DNA of 58,876 nucleotides, from the IMG/VR virus record IMGVR_UViG_3300017706_000666, positions 1-58,876 of that record; one strand, given 5' to 3'. This DNA comes from a virus. Lineage: Duplodnaviria; Caudoviricetes. Below, piece after piece: positions 45,417 through 54,600 of this stretch (its first letter is position 1; the number at the start of each line of letters is the position of its first letter). A model generated the notes under the pieces. It searched no databases. It was given only the letters and a program-made list of their open reading frames with translations, and had not been told where the DNA came from. The position numbers and the translations under genes are program-made.

Positions 45417-45928
45417 GCAATACAATAAACAAGGAGTTTCAAATGCTCCAGCTGGCCGTTGAGAGCATCATGGACTCAACCCTGATTACCACGTGCAGGA
45501 AGCGTCCACACATAAACGCACGTATGATTTTCTCCAAGATTCTTTTGGACAAGGGGCACACCACCACGTCAATAGGAAAGTATCTAGGTAAGAGTCATTG
45601 CACTGTCGTCCATTACAAGCAAAGATTCGACGGGTACATCATGAATGACAAGCGCCTCAAAGAATCTTACGAGCATGCTAAGGCTGTTTATTACGGCAGC
45701 TTTGACCCCGTCTACGACATGGATAAGGCTCAGCTCAAGCATGAGATTTTTAATCTGAGAAACAAGGTCCAGAAAACAGAGGAGAAGATGGAGCAGATTA
45801 AGAAGCAGTACGCTTGGAAGGCTGAGTTCATGGGCATACAGGAGTTGCTTTACCAGAAGGTTCCAAAGGGGCACGAAAAAGGCGTTCAACAAGCACTAAA
45901 TAGATACTTAAATGGCATACACTATTGA
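45413..45928 (+). CDS. DnaA-domain-IV-like HTH protein with coiled coil
   Basis: RKRPHINARMIF...SIGKYLGKSHCTVVHY. Confidence 0.7.
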   Translation: MSNTINKEFQMLQLAVESIMDSTLITTCRKRPHINARMIFSKILLDKGHTTTSIGKYLGKSHCTVVHYKQRFDGYIMNDKRLKESYEHAKAVYYGSFDPVYDMDKAQLKHEIFNLRNKVQKTEEKMEQIKKQYAWKAEFMGIQELLYQKVPKGHEKGVQQALNRYLNGIHY

Positions 45929-46148
45929 TGACGTAGATAAGATTGCAGCGTTTACTACGTGGACTAACAAGCAAAAGATGGACCAGCTCCTAAAAATGGA
46001 CTGCACACTTTACTGCACACTTGGAACAGATTCAACCAAGGCGGACAGGGATTCCGTAAGGAAGGACTCCAGAAGGATTTACAAAGCAATCAAAACCTTT
46101 GACCCCCAGCAGGGACAGATGTTTTTAAACGTAATGGATTTGAAATGA
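45912..46148 (+). CDS. Conserved hypothetical protein
   Basis: DQLLKMDC.LYC.LG.DS...SRRIYKAIK. Confidence 0.65.
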   Translation: MAYTIDDVDKIAAFTTWTNKQKMDQLLKMDCTLYCTLGTDSTKADRDSVRKDSRRIYKAIKTFDPQQGQMFLNVMDLK

Positions 46149-46438
46149 ACGTTCAACCAACCAAAGAATTTATAGCTGGTCTCAATAAGTTTAAAAGAGA
46201 CTACCTTGTTGAAGTGCTGGCTGACAACGACGCTTTACTAGCTGATGGATTTGAAGAAGCCCTGATTGGTCATACCCAAGGGGGTAATGTCGTTGCAGTG
46301 TACGACTACGACACTTGTGTTTCTATCTTGATACACAGGGACGGCATGACGATTGAGGATGCGGTTGAGTTCATGGAGTATAACGTGGTGGGCTCATACG
46401 TCGGGGACAAGACCCCCGTCTTCATCTCTTATGGTTGA
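46145..46438 (+). CDS. Conserved marine-phage hypothetical protein
   Basis: ADGFEEALIG...VYDYD...EDAVEFMEYNVVGSYVGDKTP. Confidence 0.7.
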   Translation: MNVQPTKEFIAGLNKFKRDYLVEVLADNDALLADGFEEALIGHTQGGNVVAVYDYDTCVSILIHRDGMTIEDAVEFMEYNVVGSYVGDKTPVFISYG

Positions 46439-46916
46439 GATATCGGTGACACCGCGCATGATTATTCGTGCCGAGAAACGTGCCGAGAAAATGGGTGCGT
46501 TAAACAATAGTATCACTGAGGGTGAAGCAAACCTAGAGGCTTTCATTGCAGAGCAGGCGTTGTCAAAGCACCTGAAGCAGAAACTTGAAGACACCTACAA
46601 CTATGACTTGTTCTGGGCACCGAAGGGTCGTGTCCTTACAGCTGACATCAAAACCAAGCGTAGAACCAAGCCGCCGTCGCCTTACTTTGATTGCCACATC
46701 GCAGACACCAGCCTGCATCAGGACTGTGAGACGTACATCTTTGCGTCGATTGTCAGGACAAAAGAAACCTTCAGGGTTTGGGCGCTAGGGTGGATAACCA
46801 AAGATGCATTCCTGAAGAAGGCGAAGCGTGTATTCAAAGGAGACAGAGATGGTGACTTTGTTGAGCACGTTGATGCATACAAGTGCAAGGTGTCAGACCT
46901 TTCGAGGATGCCATAA
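46431..46916 (+). CDS. Restriction-endonuclease-fold protein
   Basis: AE, YNYDL, ADIKTK, YIFAS, LGW motifs. Confidence 0.6.
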   Translation: MVEISVTPRMIIRAEKRAEKMGALNNSITEGEANLEAFIAEQALSKHLKQKLEDTYNYDLFWAPKGRVLTADIKTKRRTKPPSPYFDCHIADTSLHQDCETYIFASIVRTKETFRVWALGWITKDAFLKKAKRVFKGDRDGDFVEHVDAYKCKVSDLSRMP

Positions 46917-46927
46917 TTTTGCTTTCG

Positions 46928-46977
46928 TTAACATGTCTGGCACAATATCCCAGACCTCGTGGCGTTTTAGATGTGAA
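46928..46977 (+). promoter_or_regulatory. Early-type promoter TTAACA..CACAAT-N16-CGTTT
   Basis: Copy of the repeated motif. Confidence 0.6.
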
Positions 46978-47048
46978 GCCCGGCAACGGGAAGTTCTTTG
47001 ACTTACTGGATACGCATAATCAGCAGACACTCAAAAACACACATCATT

Positions 47049-47510
47049 ATGAGTAATTCTAAATCCCAACCCAAGTCACGGTTCTGTGACGTCACTAGCT
47101 CTATCAACATCCGGCAGGCTCCTACCCATGGAGAGATGCTTGAGAAAGTGGAGGAAATCAAGAACTACATTAAGGCCGGTGATGACGTTCCGTTGTACCG
47201 CCGCCTTTTGGACCTTGAGTTCCGTAAGCAAGAGCTGGAGCAGTTCGCCGTGGTCCACCTGCATGCTGTGAAAATGCTGGAGGACCTGTACGGCTTGCTC
47301 ATGGAGAGAGAGCTAATTTGTGACAACGACGACCTGAAGAGGGGCAAGATGTCTGAGCAACAGCTCGAAAAGGCAGAGCATCTGTCGTCTCTCCTTGGCG
47401 ACTTCCCCGACGAGGTCGGGTTGCAACGAATCAAGGAGATTCATGACCGGTGGTGCAAGGAGGAGATTGAGGAGACGGTAAAGCGCCATGAGAAAAAGGC
47501 TTGGCTCTAA
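47049..47510 (+). CDS. Hypothetical helical protein, 153 aa
   Basis: ATG after an A/C-rich leader downstream of the repeated promoter. Confidence 0.65.
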   Translation: MSNSKSQPKSRFCDVTSSINIRQAPTHGEMLEKVEEIKNYIKAGDDVPLYRRLLDLEFRKQELEQFAVVHLHAVKMLEDLYGLLMERELICDNDDLKRGKMSEQQLEKAEHLSSLLGDFPDEVGLQRIKEIHDRWCKEEIEETVKRHEKKAWL

Positions 47511-47543
47511 TCTCTAAGCCCTCCCCGGCTAACACCTATTCAG

Positions 47544-47573
47544 AAACCCTCACCCTAACCGGTGGGGGTTTTT
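47544..47573. terminator. Terminator at the convergence of the two transcription arms
   Basis: AAACCCTCACC/GGTGGGGGTTT stem with a T tract. Confidence 0.65.
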
Positions 47574-47595
47574 ACTTTCTGGTCTTCTCGATTGT

Positions 47596-47730
47596 TTAGC
47601 CACTACAAGACTCGCAGTCCTCTGGCTTCTCAATGTTGCAGGTGATTTCACCAGATTCAATTTTTGCTTCTGACTCCTTGAGTTTCTTAGGGTCGAGAAA
47701 GCTGATGTCAAAATCTTCTTCGGGTCTCAT
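47596..47730 (-). CDS. 44-aa peptide ending in C-x6-DCESCSG (not in ORF track)
   Basis: MRPEEDFDISFLDPKKLKESEAKIESGEITCNIEKPEDCESCSG; ATGA overlap with the holin stop. Confidence 0.65.
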   Translation of the reverse strand: MRPEEDFDISFLDPKKLKESEAKIESGEITCNIEKPEDCESCSG

Positions 47731-48167
47731 CTCTTCTTGGATTTTTCAATAGTTCGCCCTGCAAAGTAAGCACCAAATGAGGTAAGCATAAGTATCTCAA
47801 GCAGAGAAACATAGCTGTCCTTTACATTGAACGGTAGGTTGTCCATTGAGTCCAGCACCATTGTCACAACGAACATTCCCATGAGCGCAATGAGAGTCAC
47901 CGGACGGATGTACTTAGCCAGCTTCACGTCGCTACCCATGTCAGCCTTCCAACGCTCAGTCACGTTGTTCTGGTAGGCAATCTCTGCATCGACACGTGCC
48001 TTAGCCTCCTCAGGGGAGACGTTCGGTTCCTTGTCAAGCAGGTTCTTTACCATGCCGAGTGCCCCGCTATCTGGAAGCAAGTCACCCACCGTATCCAGCA
48101 CGTTGGGCGCGGCTTTAGCAAGCCAACGACCTAGCCCGGTGTCTTTGATTTTCTTTTTCTCAGCCAT
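47727..48167 (-). CDS. Holin (3TM-type, GTA holin-like)
   Basis: VTERWKADM.SD..LAKYIRP, hydrophobic helices, AYFAGRTIEK. Confidence 0.75.
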   Translation of the reverse strand: MAEKKKIKDTGLGRWLAKAAPNVLDTVGDLLPDSGALGMVKNLLDKEPNVSPEEAKARVDAEIAYQNNVTERWKADMGSDVKLAKYIRPVTLIALMGMFVVTMVLDSMDNLPFNVKDSYVSLLEILMLTSFGAYFAGRTIEKSKKR

Positions 48168-48630
48168 CGTAATCTGTGTATGTGATTGTACAGTCCTCAC
48201 ATTGTAACGCCTCAGCAATGAGAGGGTAAACCCTTTTGTATGCATCTGTAGAACCGCTTACGTATCCTGTTGACGTAACGTTCTGCGTCTGACTGTTGCC
48301 GAGCAAGAGGCATCCGCTCGTGTCGCCTTCATCGTTTCCGCAATGAATAAGGATGTGCTTGAAGTTGGGTACATCCAGAACCTCAATCATTCCCTTGTGC
48401 ATCTCACCGAATCTCTTGGTGTATCTGTCGTGATACCCACCCCAAGTCTTTAGCCTTAGGTTGTAGGTACCCGCCGGGATTCTTGTCTCGTGCATCACCT
48501 TCTCTTCCCTGTCTTCGTCCTCAAGCGTGAAGCACAAGAACTCACGGAACTCTGTACCGTTGCTCGCGTCGAACAACAGGCCCAACGTATCCCGCTCCTG
48601 ACTACTGAATCTTATTACCTCTAGCTTCAT
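48160..48630 (-). CDS. DUF5675-family putative endolysin
   Basis: CFTLED, RIPAGTY, VPNFKHILIHCGN, DTSGCLLLG; adjacent holin. Confidence 0.8.
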   Translation of the reverse strand: MKLEVIRFSSQERDTLGLLFDASNGTEFREFLCFTLEDEDREEKVMHETRIPAGTYNLRLKTWGGYHDRYTKRFGEMHKGMIEVLDVPNFKHILIHCGNDEGDTSGCLLLGNSQTQNVTSTGYVSGSTDAYKRVYPLIAEALQCEDCTITYTDYDG

Positions 48631-51600
48631 TCTTCTAGTGCTTCTAAGTAGATGTCGGTCTCAATCTTTGCTGGCTCAAGCATCCCGAAGTATACCCGTG
48701 ACATATCCTCCAGCTCCTTGTAGTCTTGGGGGCTCATGGTCTTGGCCTTGGCTCTCATCAAGACGTAGTAGTCTCTGCTGTTCTTGACACGCTTCTGAAT
48801 CTCTCTAAGCTCAGCGATGTGTTTCTTGTAGGTGTCTGGAAAACGCTTACGCATTGCCGTCTCAGCGATGGGTTGGTTGAATCCCTTGGAGAAGGCATTG
48901 GCAACTTGCTCAGCCTTGAGTGGGTCCGCACCCGCGTCCTCCATTAGCTTCAGGAACCTAGCGCGTCCACCCTTTTCATCAATGCTCTTGACGGCCTCAA
49001 AGAACTGAGAGTCACCGTCAGCGAGGGCTTGAGCTACCACCTCGTATGCCGCCAAGTCCTCTTCCCCTCCGAGGGCCCTAGCCCTACCAACGTTGTCAAG
49101 AGTCTTGATGAACTGCTCAGCCTCCTTGTTTCCGAATCCAATTAGGTTGCCACCAGTCATGGCTAGCCTGAGGTAGTAGTACATCGCCATGTTTGCCTTG
49201 TCCTCAGGACGGACGAAGTATTCTCTACCTGTAGATGTAATCACTTTGTTGCTACCACTGGCAAGGCTGATGACGTTAATCATCGTGTTGTGGCTTTCGC
49301 TAAGGAACTGACCGTATGGACCGATGTATGAGAGCATAGTCATTGGGTCACCGGGTTCCGTTCTGGTTCCGTAGATAGGCACACCACCCTTGACTGAAGC
49401 CCATCTCTCGTAGCGTTCGTCGTAGGTCTCGTCTCCGATTCCGAAGTTGTCCTCTTCAAGCATCGGGAAGATGAGGAACTTGTTGACCGCAAATCTCATG
49501 CTGTTGTCGATGGCCGCAAGCGGGAGCTGAGGAAGCATGTCAACCAGAGTTGATGTACCCACATCCCACCATGCTTTCGTCTTATCTTCTTCTGTCAGTT
49601 GGTCTTCGTCGTCTCCGAAGATGGCAGAGACAACAGCAGGCAATAGAATCTTACCCACCGCGTGGAACGTAGCAAGCTCAGCCACACTACCAACAAGAGC
49701 CTTGCCGCCTTCACCTTTAGCTCTGGCGTTTCCGTATAGGACTTTCTTTGCGTCAGAGACAATACTCCTCTTCTTGTTTACTGCGAACCTAGAGAACGGC
49801 AACAGGAAATTCTGCAACAGGTATGCCAACTGCGGAGCGAACTCCGTACCACCAGCGTACAGGTCAGCCGCCTGTCTTGGGGTAGAAGCAGCTTGGTCTT
49901 TGGTGACCAGAGAGTCTGCATAGCTCAGTGCTTCCTTGTTTGGTCTCACTGCCTGCTCCTCCCAGTCGATGTCACTTACGCTGTCCACAACACCCTGCTC
50001 GATAAGAGAGTCTGCGTAGAATCCAAACCACGAAGCAATCGCAACTACCTTGTCCGTGCCCTTGAGGTTTTTGAGCGCGAGCTTGTTTAGGTAATCTGTC
50101 ATCTTCTGAAACTGCGTAGCGTCAAAGTCCATAGACCCAGTGAACGGGTCGATGTTACCTGCTTCGTAGTCTCTGCTGAACACGGGCGAGTTCTGCAACA
50201 ATCTGTACCTGCCGTTATTATCCAGTGCAATCTTAGAGTCAGCCATAAAGAGACCCTTCCCGCTGTGGTAAACCATCTCGGCTACAGTCTGCAAGACGTA
50301 AGGGAATGTCTTCAGTGGATTCTTCGCTTGGAAGAACGTGTTCAAGATTACTGGAGACTGCTTAGCCGTCTGAATCAAGAAGCCGCCAAACGCTCTGGTA
50401 ATCGTAGCCAGTCTGACAACGTACCCCGGATTCTCGAAACGTTTACCAAACAAGACAAAGTCTTTCTGGAACATAGCGGGAACCTTACCCGTGTCTTGGT
50501 GTACGTACTTGGCAATCTTCCGCTCCAAGGTTTGCTTCACCGTGGTATTTGGAATCAGGTCGTTTGCCTCTTGTGAGTTCATCACAAATCTGTGTGCCAG
50601 CGTAGAGCCGACAGTCTCCATCAGTGTGATGTTCTCTCGCAACGTAGACTCGTTAACCTTGAGGAAGTCAAGACCAATAATTGCCTTGTCTCCAGACAAC
50701 GACCTTGGGTTACGCTCAAAGCTACTGCCTGCCGCCTTCTTGGTCTGTGATAGTGACGACTCCTGAAGAGCCTTGTGAAAGCCCTCGTACATACGCATCG
50801 TCTCATTGGTAGACTCATTCTTGGTCTGGATACGCACGTCAAACGGAGTGTAGTTTTCCTCCATGACAAGCTCCTTACCGAGGTAACGCTCTACGTAGTT
50901 AGAGAACTGCGGCATCAGACCCACGTGCATGTCAACCAAGAAGTCTACCATCTGAACCAGCTCAGGATTAGTTGACCTAACCTTGGCCTGCAACTCCTCC
51001 AAGCTGTTGGTGCCCGCAAAGAGAAAGTCGTATGCGCTTTCCATCTGAGCAATCTCTTCCTTTGAGAACGCACCACCCGCTGCTACTTTCTGCTGGTTGT
51101 GGTACTCGATAGTACGCTGCATCACGCCCTTGAGGTTGACGAACCACTCGGCAGCATTTTGTCCGGCCTGTGTCTCGTTGTCAATCTCAGGAACCTGACG
51201 GCTCATTGAGAAGATTTGCATGATGGCCTTCTCCCGGACACCAGTAATCTTTTTCTTGCTCCGTCTCTCTAGCTCAAGCACTTTTGCCTCAAGCCTCTCC
51301 ATCAGCATGGAGTGTCTGAAGTCAGCACGTCCAAACGCACCCTCGATAGAACCAAAGCCTAGCGAACGACGAAGTCTCGCAAGCGTAATGTCTGTGGTTG
51401 GAAACGCATTTCGGATGTACGAATCCACAGTATCCAAGAAGCCCATGTAAACTCTGGGTCTTGCCTTGAGGCCACCTCTCTTCAGGTCAGCCAAGTCACT
51501 GGCGTAATCGATAGAGCCACGGACAAGAGAGTGTACGTACCCAAGCCCGAATACAGAGCCGTTGACGATGAAGTCGTCGAGCTTGTAGTCTAGGTGAGCT

Positions 51601-54600
51601 AGCTGTCTTCTGTTGAGCTTCAGGAGTCTGTTCCTCAGGTCTGCGAAGTTGAGCTTCGATGGGTCTGCGATACCGAGGATGTCGGCAATCATTGGTTCCT
51701 CAAGCAGTGTGTCAAGGTTCGCTGCAATACGGGGCAGCATCACGTCGTCTACGATGAGCTCAGCGGCAGCCTCGTTCTTGTTGACCTTCTCGTCATACAA
51801 CGCTTCGAGCACACGCTCAAGGTGAGCTGGGTTGCTGCTGTCGAGCTGGTCGTTTGCATTGTTCTTATTCCACTCGTCGATGTAGCGAAGGATGTTCTTT
51901 CTGTTCTGCGACAGCTTGCTTCTCTCGTACTTCTCCTTGAGCTTGTTGTACTCCTCGTCAACACTGGTCTTGTTCTTGAGTGCAAGTCTCTCCGCTCTGG
52001 CGGCAAGCACTGCGTTTCTTCCAAGCGTTTCTTTTGACTGGAACTGGGCAACCAATACAGCGAGGTCCTCAGCTGGTAGCTTGGGGAACGACACTGCCTC
52101 CTTACCGTCCTCACCCTTTTTGATTTGAGGAGCTTTCATTGAGCTCAGGGTGGCAAGCACAGTCTGTTCGAAGTTGCTGATGTCGTCCGCATCCAACAGC
52201 GCGGGGTTAATCTTAGACAGGGACTCCGCGTACTTGTTGTAAGTAGCTGTAGACTTGAGGGCCTCGCCTGCCTTCCTTGGCTTGGCAGCACGAGCTAGTC
52301 TCTTTTGCAATCCACGCACTCGATTCACTTGGTCGAGATACTCCTGCATAGCCTTCTTGGTATCTCTCGCATCAAAGACAGCAGACAGCTTGTCGATGAA
52401 CGTCTGCATAACCTCGAAGCCTTCCTCCTTCAGTCTCTTACCAGAGACACGGTGAGCCTCCCTAGCAATCTTAAATAGCTGTTGCACCTGAGCACTGCTG
52501 AAGGGTGTCTTTGCGTTGTCCTTCATACGCTCTTTGACAATCTCGATTGCCTGCTTCAGGAACTCCCTGTAGTTGCTCGACTTATCTCTCAGCTGTTCGA
52601 GGTCTGCTCTCAGATTCTTAGCTTCGGTGCTGAGCTTGCGAACCTTCTTGTTGACCTCCTTCTTTCCGATAAGTCTGCCGCGCTTGAACTCGTATGCTCT
52701 TCGGTACGCCGCCAATGCAGCCTCCTTTGTCATACCCATGTCCTGCAACAGCTTCAGGATTTCGGGCTTGGCATACGCCATCGTAGCCATCTGACCGATA
52801 GATGCCTCCAGCCTTACTGGAATCTTTCTACGCTTGTCACGCTTAATAGTTGGGTTGCTGTATTCCTTATCTAAGAAGTCAGCAATCTGACGAGTCAGGT
52901 CACCTTGAAACTTTACTTCCCCGGATACATCCCCTGCACTACGGCTAGTTCCTCCCCCTCTAGTTCCTTCCCGTCCAGAAGCTCCACCGCTTCTATCCAC
53001 GTCTCTAGATTCGGGCTGCTCTCTGCCAATCTTGGATACGGCGTCCCGAATAGCGGGAGCCCAATCCGGCGTTCCAATTCCGCCTGCTTCTTTGAGAAGC
53101 CCTTGTCTAAGTTGCTCTCTTGTAATTTCTGCATTTCTATACTTGGTATGAAGTGATTGAATCCTTGACTTATTTGCCTCGCTGTTCTTAAATCCAGCGG
53201 TATAGAGAAGCCTGACAGCCTCCCACGTAATGCTTTGCATCTCTCTTGGAAGCAAGCCTCGTTCATCAGCGGCAATCCTGTATGCTTCAAGATAAGCATA
53301 ATAGTTACCGGAAATAGCGTGAACTGACGAATTAGAAACTTTTAACTCAGCGAATCCTTTCTTCAGGGCCCAAGGTTTCCAGTCTGCAACGCCCTTTACT
53401 TTTATACCAGCTGCTTTGGCTAGATTGGCGACCTCTTTTCCCCCGTAAACAACACCGTTCTTGTCTATGAAGGTGCCCCCAGTTGCTCCGAAGTTAGCTC
53501 CGACCTCCCCAGAAGAGGAAGACATGGGCTTGAGGAGGGCTGCTCCTACAGCGTGAGTATCAATGGTGGTGTCTGAGCCAAATCCGGGGTTGTGGATGTT
53601 GTTGAAGAAGTGTCGAATCTTGTGCTGCTCACCAAGCACCCTAGAAATCTCAGCTACATCTTCGGTAAGCAGGGCCGAAACAGCCTTGTCAATCATAGTC
53701 AAGGAAGACCAAGCGGCCCTAGACTCCTTGCCTTGTGCGTTTGTCTTCTTACCTCCCCGCTCCCCGCTCGGTGTAATGATATCGTAAGACCTAGACATGT
53801 TCAGGTCAACAAAGGCCCACACAGCCATGGCTCTGACATTTCCCGGAGGGAGCTCAACAATAGAAGTACCGACGTACTTAGACAGCTCTCTAGCCCACGC
53901 AACTTTTGCACCCCCTTCATTCATGAAGAAGTCTACCATCTCTTGCGTGACTGGCTTATTGCCATTGTTAACCACAGCTTCGATGACCACCTCTCCAAGT
54001 CTGACGTTTTGATACCAGTCCTTTTGAGGGGACAGGGCAGCAATGGCTGCCGCAACCTGAATCGGGTCAATGTCGTACTCCTCCGCCAGTTGCTGGGCAA
54101 TAATGTTGGCACCATCGTACCAAAGTGTAGCGACCTCCCTTAGGTCTGCCTCGAACGCATCGTGAAGGAAGAGCAGGTTGTTCTTTGCTTCCTCAATAAA
54201 GATATCGTACACCTCATCAGCGTACTTCATTGCGTTTTTACCCTCGAAAACAGACTTCCTAAACTTTCTTACGCCTGCAACGATGTCAAGTTGAGACAAA
54301 AAGAGCGCGTTCTTGACGTAGATTTTAGGCTCGTTTTCTTTTACGTGAGCCAGACTAAGTATGTAACTGTCATCTAGCTTAGATGATTTTGCAGTACCAT
54401 ACCCTTGACCAATTCTAGTCCCTTTAATCGTTTGCTTTTTGATTGACCGAGCAAACTCGCCCATCAACTTGGGCCCGAACTTAGGGTCGTTCTCTGGACT
54501 AGGCTCAGCGAGGGCGTCTTGGAACTTGATAGGCACCCCTTCTGGGGTGGTCTTGCCAGTGTCAAACATTGGGTCTGAAGGCAGGACCTTCTTCGTGTCC

